Positions 26,438 through 35,631 of a DNA stretch of 64,000 nucleotides are shown piece by piece (the stretch's first letter is position 1; each line of letters begins with the position of its first letter). The notes under the pieces are model-generated. The model was not told the origin of the DNA. It did not search any database and was given only the letters and a program-made list of their open reading frames with translations. The position numbers and the translations under genes were made by a program. Location: contig DAINRF010000005.1 in the NCBI GenBank assembly GCA_036742015.1, positions 35,627-99,626 on the forward strand, given 5' to 3'. The stretch is from Mesorhizobium sp. (GTDB lineage Bacteria; Pseudomonadota; Alphaproteobacteria; Rhizobiales; Rhizobiaceae).

Positions 26438-27444
26438 TTTGCAGCCTTGATGACTGCATCTTCATAGATAAAGTCAGCATGGTCCGCTGTCTTGTCGATG
26501 AGCTTTCCAGCCATCGCCACTTCATCTATCCAAGCGAGGACGTTCGCAAGTCCATGCGACGAATCCCCGGGATTGGTCATGCTGACCGCTCCATTCGCAC
26601 TTGTCATGTCAGCAGCATCATACCAAACCAGATTCTTGACGATCATTTCGGTAATTTCGCGGCTGGTTCCGGTAAACTCAATCGCAGCGGCGATTGCTGG
26701 TTCGGGGTTTTCTTCAAAGACGGCCCATCCTTCTTCCAGCGCTGCAATCACCTTGACGAGCGTCTCCTTGTTTTCCTCAGACTCATTCAGCCATTTGGTA
26801 TTCACGGCAATGCCGAATGGATCGCGGATGCCGAAATCCTTATAATTTGCAAGAAGGGTCGCCCCTTTGTTTTTGGCTTGGGCAATAAGAGGCTCGAAGA
26901 GCCAAGAGGCATCGACATCCCCGTTTACAAGCGCTGGCAATGCTTGGGGCGGAGGAAGAGCAACATGCTGAGCTCCATCAACCGGCAATCCGCTCTGCAT
27001 CATCGCATAGATGTGGGAAAGGTGTTGTATCGATCCTGAATGCGCGGTCACCTTCTTGCCGGCAAGGTCCTTGTAGCTTTTCACCGTGCTGCCGGGTTTG
27101 ACCATTACGCCTGAGAGCGGTGAATAGTCACCAAAGGTATAGACCCAGTCTGCATCAAGCCCTCGTGTCCGTGCCATATAGAATGCAGCGATTGCGCCTT
27201 CGCCGATCTGGATTGATCCGCTTTCAAGCGCCTGAAATTGTGCCGGTCCGCTCGTGAACTTCACAAGTTCCACATTCACGCCGTGCTTTTTGAAAAGGTT
27301 ATTCGCTTGCGCCGAAAATACATGCGCAACCGGGACCGGAATCATGCCGAACTTGACTGTCGGCAATTCGTCTGCGGCGACGTCCTGTGCAATGGTTGCT
27401 CCAAAAAGGCTGACCAATAATGCCCACGATTTTATTCTGATCAT
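26434..27444 (-). CDS. ABC transporter substrate-binding protein (NMT1/THI5-like, sulfonate/taurine/nitrate family)
   Basis: Signal peptide MIRIKSWALLVSLFGATIAQD, then an SsuA/TauA-like fold pattern. An alternative ATG lies at 27468. Confidence 0.8.
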   Translation of the reverse strand: MIRIKSWALLVSLFGATIAQDVAADELPTVKFGMIPVPVAHVFSAQANNLFKKHGVNVELVKFTSGPAQFQALESGSIQIGEGAIAAFYMARTRGLDADWVYTFGDYSPLSGVMVKPGSTVKSYKDLAGKKVTAHSGSIQHLSHIYAMMQSGLPVDGAQHVALPPPQALPALVNGDVDASWLFEPLIAQAKNKGATLLANYKDFGIRDPFGIAVNTKWLNESEENKETLVKVIAALEEGWAVFEENPEPAIAAAIEFTGTSREITEMIVKNLVWYDAADMTSANGAVSMTNPGDSSHGLANVLAWIDEVAMAGKLIDKTADHADFIYEDAVIKAAK

Positions 27445-27739
27445 TTCCTTTACTCCATCTTTTCGCATCTCAACGCCGGAGCCGGACCATTGGAATTCAG
27501 TCCACCCGCGGACCCAAGATTGCCGTTCGATTCCGCTGCGTCAGAGCATTTGCCAAGTCCGAAGTCGAAGCCCGACCCAAAGCGTGTTGGAAATTAGTCA
27601 CAACGCATATGTATTGGAATGATATTTATCGTATCTCTGTGAGACCGAAATCTAATATTGTCCGGCATTCACCGGGCAGCAAACAGGGGCGCGGCGAAGC
27701 TGCGGAAGCATACCCAAAAATGGCATCGACGAGGTCATT

Positions 27740-29350
27740 TCAAACAGCGGAAATCACATCCGCGACACGTTCACCAACGAGAATGCTCGCCACGTGAGTG
27801 TTGGCCGAAGGCATCGTAGGGAAGACGGAGGCATCGGCGACCCGCAATCCCGCAACACCAACAACACTGAGATCAGGGGTGACCACTGCCATTGCGTCGC
27901 GACCCATGCGGCAGGTTCCAACTGGATGATATGAGGTCGTGCCAGTGGCTCGAATGAAATCAAGAAGCTCGGCATCCCGCAGCGCTTTCAAGCCGGGAGA
28001 CGTCTCTTCTCCAATGAATCTGCGCAGCGCATCCTGATCAGCGATCTTGCGCGCAATGCGGACACCTGCGATGGCGCTCACTACATCGTCAGGGTGGTCA
28101 AGATAGTTTGCTGAGATCCGGGGTGGCACCCGGGCATCTGGCGACGGAACCATAACTTCGCCGACTGATTTAGGTTGCAACGAAAAAACACCAATGCCGA
28201 ACCCGGGGAACGGATCGAGGCTAAGCTTGCGCGGATGGCGTGCGTCTGGCGACGACATTGGGTGGAGCTGAATCTTAATGTCCGGCCGGTCCAGCCCAGG
28301 GACGCTGCGCACCAATGCATGGGCCGTAGAGGTCGAGGTTGCCATTAGCCCGTCGTGCCGCAAGAGATAGCGTAGGCCAAGTAGCGCCTTGCCGAGTGGT
28401 GAGCGCAACATATCGTTCAGTGTCACCGGCTGTGTGCAACGATAAGACAGGCGAATATGGAGATGATCACGCAACCCCACACCCACGCCTGGAAGCGCCA
28501 GGACGGGCGCAATTCCCACAGAGCGAAGCCGTTCCGGATCACCTATTCCGGAGAGTTGCAAGAGTTTCGGGCTATCAATCGCACCAGCACAAATCACAAT
28601 CTCCCTACGGGCCGACAGAGTAATCAGATCATCCCCTCGACGGACCAGAACTGTCCGCGCCCGCTTGCCCGAAAATCCGATTGTCTCCGCAACGGCTTCC
28701 GTCATGAGCGTCAGGTTCTTCCGCTTTCGCGCAGGCCAGAAATAAGCCTCGCGCACTCCATGCCTCCAGCCGCGGCGGGTGTTCAACTGGAGAATGCCCG
28801 CACCGTCATACTGGTTGCCATTATAGTCCGGGTTGTGCGCAATCCCGACTTCCCTGCAGGCGGTCAGGAATGCGGCGGTCAAAGGGTCGATCGGTCCATA
28901 TTCGACAATCGAAACCGGCCCGGATCGGCCGCGAACGGCCGCATCACCAAGCGCAGTTCGCTCGATCCGCCGAAGAATCGGCAGAATGCTTGAATAGTCC
29001 CAGCCGTCACAGCCATTGCGAGCCCAATCATCATATTCTTTCGGGTCGCCACGTACCCAGAGCATCCCGTTGACGGTGGACGTGCCTCCAAGAACACGGC
29101 CGCGAGGCCAGAAGATTGATCGCCCATTCAGTTGCGGTTCCGGTTCGGTGACGTAGCGCCGCAACGCCCGCTCGCCCGTCAGGACTATTCCGATGCCAAG
29201 CGGGACGCGCAGCCAAATCCACGGATCATCCCGGCCGGCCTCGATAAGAAGAACGCTGACGTCGGCACGCTCCGACAAGCGCGCCGCAGCTGCACAGCCA
29301 GCTGCGCCAGCGCCCACGACAACAAAGTCGAACTCGGTCTGAGAAGACAT
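27740..29350 (-). CDS. GMC family (choline dehydrogenase-like) FAD oxidoreductase
   Basis: FDFVVVGAGAAGCAAAARLSE ADP-binding fold, GGTSTVNGMLWVRG, C-terminal HPVGTCRMG. Start at MSSQTEFDF. Confidence 0.9.
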   Translation of the reverse strand: MSSQTEFDFVVVGAGAAGCAAAARLSERADVSVLLIEAGRDDPWIWLRVPLGIGIVLTGERALRRYVTEPEPQLNGRSIFWPRGRVLGGTSTVNGMLWVRGDPKEYDDWARNGCDGWDYSSILPILRRIERTALGDAAVRGRSGPVSIVEYGPIDPLTAAFLTACREVGIAHNPDYNGNQYDGAGILQLNTRRGWRHGVREAYFWPARKRKNLTLMTEAVAETIGFSGKRARTVLVRRGDDLITLSARREIVICAGAIDSPKLLQLSGIGDPERLRSVGIAPVLALPGVGVGLRDHLHIRLSYRCTQPVTLNDMLRSPLGKALLGLRYLLRHDGLMATSTSTAHALVRSVPGLDRPDIKIQLHPMSSPDARHPRKLSLDPFPGFGIGVFSLQPKSVGEVMVPSPDARVPPRISANYLDHPDDVVSAIAGVRIARKIADQDALRRFIGEETSPGLKALRDAELLDFIRATGTTSYHPVGTCRMGRDAMAVVTPDLSVVGVAGLRVADASVFPTMPSANTHVASILVGERVADVISAV

Positions 29351-29478
29351 GGCAACTTGTTCATTTCCAAAAGTCCCCCGCGCCCTGCTGGGCGCGGAAA
29401 CGGATCCGATTCGCGAGAAACTCCGGCAGTCCGCCGGACTAGAGCAAACAGGGCAATTCAATATTCGCCGGATTTGCT

Positions 29479-30747
29479 CTAGCGAGACATGAGCCGTTCA
29501 ATCTGCCTGTCAGCCGTCGCCAGCGCAGACCCTATGTCTGCGCCCTTCAGTATGCTCTGATACTGAGGAACGACTTGATCAAGGATCGCATAAAATTTTG
29601 GATGCTTGATTGGGTTATCGTTGTAGACCTGAAGCTCGGCGACGAATTTCTGAGTGAATTCATCAGCGCCCATCGGGCCTTGCGCGAGCAGCAGCGAAGA
29701 CGGCGTCGAAACCTGATCACTAAGCTTGTAATATTCATCGGTGATCTCCCGATCGAACAAGATCAGGCGGATGAAGTCCGCAGCCAACTTCTTGTCTTTT
29801 GCAGCGGAAGAGATTGCGATCACGTGGCTGTTGCCAATTGTGCGGTGTGAGCCGTCTGGCGCTTTGGGCAGCGGGGCAACCCAGATATCTGCATCTTTTC
29901 CGGTCTTGATCCTATTTTCCGACAGGTTATTGAACAAGCCACGGCCCCACGGACCCTCGAGGATGAAGCCAGCGCGCCCCGCAGCCATGAGATTGCGCGT
30001 TTCGCCGACGGAAAATCCATCCGGTGCGCAGCCGGCCGTCGAGACGTCTTGCAGCCATTTATATGCGGACTGTGTCTCCGGCGTGTTGAACGACACCTTG
30101 CCCGTAGCGTCCACTACATCACCACCGAAGCCATAGATCCACGGGATTGACCATTGCACAGCATTAGGGTTGGACCAGCTTCTGAGGGCCAGACCATAGA
30201 TCTTGCCGCCTTCGCCCGCCGGCAAGGCACAAACACCCATGATCATCTTTTTCAACTCGTCCCAAGTCTGGGGTGGTTTGTCCGGACTGAATCCGGCCTG
30301 CTTGAGGAGATTACGGTTGTAGAACAGCATTACGGGTCCAGGCACCCAGGGGAGTGCGTACAACCTGCCGTCCTCGAAACGCAGCGCATTCAGCGCCGCC
30401 TCAGGAATTTGCCCGAGCTCTTCTTTGGTGAAAAGATCGTCAAGCGGCGCAAGTGCGCCGATGGACTGGAGCGCCGGCGCCCATCCCGGAATCAGGTGAA
30501 TCAGGTCCGAGGCATTGCCGCCCAGATGCGCAACCGTCGCCTGGTCGAGCGCCTTCTCGAAGGGCACATCCTGACGAATGAAGTCGACGCCAGGATTCTG
30601 CTCTTCGAATTTCTTTTCGATCAAATCCGACACTGGCGCCAGATAATCATAAGTGCCAAGCCAGCCTGAATAGATCAGTTTCTCATCGGCCGCCGCCGGC
30701 ATTGCAGCAAGCAGCATCGCAATCAAAGCAGTTCTCAATCTTGTCAT
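29479..30747 (-). CDS. carbohydrate-type ABC transporter substrate-binding protein (family 1)
   Basis: Leader MTRLRTALIAMLLAAMPAAA preceded by a GGGAGGA RBS, with the overall pattern of extracellular solute-binding family 1. Confidence 0.85.
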   Translation of the reverse strand: MTRLRTALIAMLLAAMPAAADEKLIYSGWLGTYDYLAPVSDLIEKKFEEQNPGVDFIRQDVPFEKALDQATVAHLGGNASDLIHLIPGWAPALQSIGALAPLDDLFTKEELGQIPEAALNALRFEDGRLYALPWVPGPVMLFYNRNLLKQAGFSPDKPPQTWDELKKMIMGVCALPAGEGGKIYGLALRSWSNPNAVQWSIPWIYGFGGDVVDATGKVSFNTPETQSAYKWLQDVSTAGCAPDGFSVGETRNLMAAGRAGFILEGPWGRGLFNNLSENRIKTGKDADIWVAPLPKAPDGSHRTIGNSHVIAISSAAKDKKLAADFIRLILFDREITDEYYKLSDQVSTPSSLLLAQGPMGADEFTQKFVAELQVYNDNPIKHPKFYAILDQVVPQYQSILKGADIGSALATADRQIERLMSR

Positions 30748-30786
30748 GATCAATTCCTCCCGTTTGCTCATCGTGAACTGTCGTTG

Positions 30787-31635
30787 TCATCCCTTGACCG
30801 CCCCAGCCGTCACTCCGCGTAGAAAGGTCTTCTGAAAAAAGAAGAACAGGATCAGGACTGGCAGGGAGACCATGACGCCGAGCGCCATCATCTCGCTCCA
30901 GGCGCCTTCGAATTCTTGCAGGAAGATCAGCGTGATCCCCGCAGGAAGAGGCCGCATGTCGGTCATGCTCGTAAAGGTCAGGCCAAAAAGAAGCTCATTC
31001 CAGCTGACCACAAAAACGAAAATCGCAGAGGCGGCGAGCGCCGGCCTCGCCATTGGTAGGACGATAAACAGGAAGACCTTCAACGGTGTCGCGCCGTCGA
31101 CATACGCTGCTTCTTCAACCTCGCGGGGAAGCTGGTCAAAAAAAATCTTGAGCAGCCAGATCGACACCGGAATGGTGATGGCTGTGTGACTGAGTATCAG
31201 CGCAGGGTAGGAGTTGAGGAGCCCGAGCTTAACAAAAAGGCCGTAAAGCGAGATCATGATGAGAGGTACGGGGAAGGCGAGCGATGCCATGAAGAACAAC
31301 ATCAGGATCGCACCACCCCTGAAGCGAAATCGCGAAATGGCGTAAGCCGTCATCGCGCCGACAAATGTTGACAGACATGCAGCGCCTATCGCAACGATTA
31401 AAGAATTCAGCATCAGCGTTCCCAGCACATCGTTGAACTGAGCAACGTAGTTCTTGATCGTCGGGTCCTTGGGGATCCAGCGCGGCGGCGTTTCAAACAC
31501 ATCCGAAAGCGGCTTGAACGACGTAGACGCCATCCATGCGATGGGAATGATCATGACCGTCAGCAAAATGCAGACCGTGAGATAGACGATGGCCCTGTTG
31601 ACCTTCCGGCGCAGGCGCTGAGATGAAATGCTCAC
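30787..31635 (-). CDS. carbohydrate ABC transporter permease (MalG-like)
   Basis: 282-aa polytopic protein with EAA loop (EVEEAAYVDGATPLKVFLFIVLPMARPAL). Confidence 0.9.
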   Translation of the reverse strand: MSISSQRLRRKVNRAIVYLTVCILLTVMIIPIAWMASTSFKPLSDVFETPPRWIPKDPTIKNYVAQFNDVLGTLMLNSLIVAIGAACLSTFVGAMTAYAISRFRFRGGAILMLFFMASLAFPVPLIMISLYGLFVKLGLLNSYPALILSHTAITIPVSIWLLKIFFDQLPREVEEAAYVDGATPLKVFLFIVLPMARPALAASAIFVFVVSWNELLFGLTFTSMTDMRPLPAGITLIFLQEFEGAWSEMMALGVMVSLPVLILFFFFQKTFLRGVTAGAVKG

Positions 31636-32510
31636 GGGATCCTCCTCAGAAGCAACCGGCTATAGATTGCGGAAAGAACGATCACGAAGATCAGCCAGAC
31701 GGTTCCGGCGGCGGATGCAAGACCAAAATCCCATTCAGAAAAGGCGGCCTTGTAGGTGAACAGGCTTAGTACGTTTGTGGAGCCGATCGGGCCACCCTGA
31801 GTGAGCACAAGCGGAATCGTCACCTCTTGCAGGAAACGTACAGCTTCAAGCAGCGCAGCAACGAGAACTATGTTCTGCAGGAGCGGCAGCAGGATATGGC
31901 GCAGCCTGTTAGGGTAACTCGCCCCATCGACCTGAGCCGCCTCCAGAACGTCACGCGAAATGCCCTGCAAGCCTGCAAGCGCGACAACCATAACAAAGGG
32001 GATTGCGCGCCAGGAATAGGCAAGGATCACTACCCAGGGCGCGAGATCGACATCGAACAGCCAGGGCATTTTGCCTTGAATCAGGCCCAGCCGACGCAAG
32101 AAATCGTTCACGATTCCCCACTCGTCGTTGAAAATCCAACCCCACAAGATCGCAATCACGATCCAGGGCACGACCCAAGCCTGAAAGACAGCTGCGCGAA
32201 AAAATCCGACATATTTGATGCCGCTGTCCAGAAGGAGGGCAAGGATGAGGCCGAAGATGGTGCAAAGGATCGTCGAGACGCCGCAGATATAGACGGTGTT
32301 GCCGAGCACATCCAGAAAGCGCGGATCGCCGAGTAGATAGACAAAATTCTCCAGTCCGACGAAACGCGTATCGGGCCGCAAGGGCGTGGCATCGGTAAAA
32401 GCCAGCCACAGGCCGTTGACGATGGGATAGACAAGCAAGCTGCCCACCAGAACAATGGCCGGTGAGAAGAGGAATATGAAAAATACCGGGTGACGGCGGA
32501 CAGAGAACAT
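31632..32510 (-). CDS. carbohydrate ABC transporter permease (MalF-like)
   Basis: 292-aa polytopic protein with EAA loop (VLEAAQVDGASYPNRLRHILLPLL). Confidence 0.9.
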   Translation of the reverse strand: MFSVRRHPVFFIFLFSPAIVLVGSLLVYPIVNGLWLAFTDATPLRPDTRFVGLENFVYLLGDPRFLDVLGNTVYICGVSTILCTIFGLILALLLDSGIKYVGFFRAAVFQAWVVPWIVIAILWGWIFNDEWGIVNDFLRRLGLIQGKMPWLFDVDLAPWVVILAYSWRAIPFVMVVALAGLQGISRDVLEAAQVDGASYPNRLRHILLPLLQNIVLVAALLEAVRFLQEVTIPLVLTQGGPIGSTNVLSLFTYKAAFSEWDFGLASAAGTVWLIFVIVLSAIYSRLLLRRIP

Positions 32511-32511
32511 C

Positions 32512-33600
32512 TCAGGCTCCCCGGAGAGGCGATATCCGCCGGTCAGTCATGCCATCGAAAAGATGAACGTGTTCTTTTTCGAAGGAAATGCTCACCGCCT
32601 CGCCGACCCTGATTTGCGTCCGTGACGGAGTCCGAACACAAAATGGTCCGACGGCCGCGTCAACAAAAACCAGCGTCTCACCACCAGTACGCTCCACGAC
32701 CTCGACACGCCCGTCGAGAATGCCGATACCCGGCGCGCCAAGCGCGATGTCGTCGGGACGGATACCCCAGATAATTCTGCGCTGCTCGGGCGCGCGGAGA
32801 CCGGGTATGCGCACGGTTTGCCCCGCTGTCGTAAGGTCGCTGCCGTGTCGGCCTGAGATCGACGACGCTTCGAACAGATTCATCTGAGGAGAGCCGACAA
32901 AGGAAGCGACAAAGCGTGTCGCAGGACGGTCGTAAAGCTCCATCGGCTCGCCGGTCTGGATGATGCGCCCGTCGTGAAGTACAACGATACGGTCGGCCAT
33001 CGTCATCGCTTCAACCTGATCATGGGTGACGTAGATTGAGGTCGCGTTCAGGTCTTGATGCATTCGTCGAATTTCAGTTCGCATCTCGACCCGCAGCTTG
33101 GCATCGAGATTCGATAGAGGCTCGTCGAACAAAAACACTCTTGGCGAGCGAACAAGCGCCCTTCCCATTGCCACCCTCTGGCGCTGACCGCCGGACAGCT
33201 GGGACGGTTTTCTGTCGAGGTAGCTGGTCAGATTCAACGAGCCAGCGGCGGCGCGCACCTTTTCATTGATCTCAGATTTCGGCAGGCCGCGCATTCGTAG
33301 CGTAAACGCGATATTCTCGAATACGTTTTTGTGCGGATAAAGCGCATAGGATTGAAACACCATTGCGATGTCGCGGTCTTTTGGAGTGAGCTTGTTGACG
33401 TTCCGGTCATTGATCGCAACATCGCCGCAACTCTGGTCTTCAAGTCCCGCGATGATCCTGAGCAAAGTGGACTTGCCGCAGCCGGACGGACCGACAAGTG
33501 CCACAAACTCACCGTCGCGGATGTGCAGGTCGATGTCGCGCAAGACCTCGACCGCACCGAACCGTTTTCCGACACCTGTAATTTGCACTTCAGACATCAC
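32512..33600 (-). CDS. carbohydrate ABC transporter ATP-binding protein (MalK/UgpC-like)
   Basis: GPSGCGKST, LSGGQRQRVAMGRAL and FLFDEPLSNLD, plus a C-terminal regulatory/TOBE-like domain; 362 aa. Confidence 0.9.
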   Translation of the reverse strand: MMSEVQITGVGKRFGAVEVLRDIDLHIRDGEFVALVGPSGCGKSTLLRIIAGLEDQSCGDVAINDRNVNKLTPKDRDIAMVFQSYALYPHKNVFENIAFTLRMRGLPKSEINEKVRAAAGSLNLTSYLDRKPSQLSGGQRQRVAMGRALVRSPRVFLFDEPLSNLDAKLRVEMRTEIRRMHQDLNATSIYVTHDQVEAMTMADRIVVLHDGRIIQTGEPMELYDRPATRFVASFVGSPQMNLFEASSISGRHGSDLTTAGQTVRIPGLRAPEQRRIIWGIRPDDIALGAPGIGILDGRVEVVERTGGETLVFVDAAVGPFCVRTPSRTQIRVGEAVSISFEKEHVHLFDGMTDRRISPLRGA

Positions 33601-34640
33601 ACGCCCTCCACGCCGGAGCCAGGATCGGGCGTCCCAACGGATTCGAGATCACGCCAAAGCGCCTCGGGAAGTGGTTGCTTGAAAGCGGCGACGCACTGCC
33701 GCACCTCTTCTGCCGTGCGCATTCCGGGCACTACGGCGCCGACCGACGGATGCCGGGCGGGATATTGAAGCGCGGCGGCGATCAGATCTGCACCATGAGC
33801 CTCGCAGATCCGCCGTGTCGTCTCGACCCGCGCAAGAATTTGGGGCGACGGTGCGTCATACATGTATTTTGATTGAGCGGGATTTTTCGCTGCGAGAAGT
33901 CCTGAAGCGAAAGGGCTCCCCAGAAGGATCGTCGTTCCCTTGCTGCGGCATTCGGGCAGAAAATGCGCCAGCGCGCCCTGATCCAGCAGATTCAGATGAC
34001 CCGCCATCATGAAGCAGTCGAAATCACCCGCAGATCCAAAACGGCGACACATGCCGAGGTCATTGTTGCCAACCCCAAGAGCTGATACTGTACCGTCGCT
34101 GCGCAAGCGATCGAGCGCCCTATACCCGTCCGACATGCACTGCGAAAACAAGATCTCCAGCTTTTCGGGGGCGTGATTTGCGGGGTCAATATTGTGAATG
34201 TGTAAAATATCGATCCGCGCGAGACCCATGCGCTGGAGACTGTCTTCAACCGACCGCATGATGCCGTCATAGCTGTAGTCGTTGATGATCGAGAACGGCA
34301 AAGGGTCACGGAAGATGCCTGCACTCGGGTCGGCGCGAATGTCGGCAGTTCTTTCGGGCTTCAGCAGCCTGCCCACCTTGCTGGAAAGCACAAAATCATC
34401 TCGCCGCTTGCCCCGCAGAAAAGAGCCGATGCGATGTTCCGCAAGCCCGTGACCATAGAGTGGCGCGACATCGAAATACCGGATGCCAGCATCCCAGGCG
34501 GCGAGAAGTGCTGCTTGTGCATCGGTTTCGGCCAAGACACTGGGAAAATTGCCGAGGGGAACGCCGCCAAAAGCCAATCGCGTCACCCTCAAGCCAGTTT
34601 GGCCGACTTGCGCTAACGGGAGGAGATCAAAGTTAGTCAT
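33597..34640 (-). CDS. aldo/keto reductase (aldose 1-dehydrogenase-like)
   Basis: GLRVTRLAFGG, FDVAPLYGHGLAE and DILHIHNIDP AKR landmarks. ATG 34640 (MTNFDLL) overlaps the upstream stop; an alternative ATG lies at 34658. Confidence 0.8.
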   Translation of the reverse strand: MTNFDLLPLAQVGQTGLRVTRLAFGGVPLGNFPSVLAETDAQAALLAAWDAGIRYFDVAPLYGHGLAEHRIGSFLRGKRRDDFVLSSKVGRLLKPERTADIRADPSAGIFRDPLPFSIINDYSYDGIMRSVEDSLQRMGLARIDILHIHNIDPANHAPEKLEILFSQCMSDGYRALDRLRSDGTVSALGVGNNDLGMCRRFGSAGDFDCFMMAGHLNLLDQGALAHFLPECRSKGTTILLGSPFASGLLAAKNPAQSKYMYDAPSPQILARVETTRRICEAHGADLIAAALQYPARHPSVGAVVPGMRTAEEVRQCVAAFKQPLPEALWRDLESVGTPDPGSGVEGV

Positions 34641-35631
34641 TGGCGGCTTCCACGCCATTCCCAGATGTTTCGACCGTACGGTAAAACGCGCTCGACGTTT
34701 CGCGAAAGATCCGGCGCAAGGGCGCGATATCCCTAACTCCAATAGCGGCCACATAGCCCGCGAGCAGTGTCGGATAGTCGGAGAAAAGTCCGTCGACGGG
34801 AAAGTTGCTCCCGAACATCAGCCGGTAGGTTCCAAAGTTGTCCAGCAAGTGCCGTACCATTGGCTTGAAGCTCGAAACATCCCATTTGTGGTCTGTCATT
34901 GGCAGCCCGGACAGCTTCATTGAAACATTCTCGTGGCGCGCCATCATTGCGATCCCTTCGCGCCATGTCGCCAGCCCGGCACCGGAGCGATCGATTGGGA
35001 GTCCGCAGTGAATAATCACGAAACGTGCACTCGGATGCAGGTCCGCCAATTCGCAAACTGCGCCGTGCGCGGTCGGTGGCGCCTGGAGCTCTATAATCAG
35101 GTCGCGTTCGACCATTCGCGCCAATCCGGTGCGGAAGCACTCGTCGCGGTATCGCAGAGCGCCTTCAGGCTTGCCTCGGCCATAGGCCATGATGCGGATT
35201 CCGCGGAAGCGGGCGAACGCCTGATGAGCGTTGAGGACATCATCCAGATCTGGCGACATCGCTTCAGCTGCTCCGATGATTGCGTCCGGGAGACCTTGAC
35301 TGTCAGAATGCGCAGAAAGCCAGGCGGTTTCATCCTGTGGCGCAATTCCGTCGCGCCAATGCGCCTCGACATGGACGCTGCCCGCCAATTGAACAATGCC
35401 TACATCCCGGCGATAGTCGCTAGCGAGATAGGTTTTTCGGATCCGGGAATAGTCGCCAAAATGTGCTTGAACGGGCTTTTCCTGAAGCCAAGGATATGAA
35501 TTGGCGTCCAGATCCCAAAGATGGTGATGTGCATCAAGGACGGGGCCGATCGCGCCAGCAACCACCGCGACGGCCGCTGCATCGGGCCGTCCATGATCAT
35601 CGCAGGTCAGTGACAGCAAGGGCTTCATCAC
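34633..35631 (-). CDS. amidohydrolase-2 family protein (COG3618-type sugar lactonase-like)
   Basis: VLDAHHHLWD metal-binding start, later HVEAH and IIHCG motifs. ATGA overlap with the sulfatase stop. Confidence 0.75.
   Translation of the reverse strand: MMKPLLSLTCDDHGRPDAAAVAVVAGAIGPVLDAHHHLWDLDANSYPWLQEKPVQAHFGDYSRIRKTYLASDYRRDVGIVQLAGSVHVEAHWRDGIAPQDETAWLSAHSDSQGLPDAIIGAAEAMSPDLDDVLNAHQAFARFRGIRIMAYGRGKPEGALRYRDECFRTGLARMVERDLIIELQAPPTAHGAVCELADLHPSARFVIIHCGLPIDRSGAGLATWREGIAMMARHENVSMKLSGLPMTDHKWDVSSFKPMVRHLLDNFGTYRLMFGSNFPVDGLFSDYPTLLAGYVAAIGVRDIAPLRRIFRETSSAFYRTVETSGNGVEAAND

Noticed and set aside
27525-27534. tRNA-like T-loop sequence GTTCGATTCC in the 27.5-kb intergenic region
   Set aside because: The flanking bases cannot form a T-stem (tgccg versus ccgct), and no acceptor or anticodon arms could be drawn on either strand.
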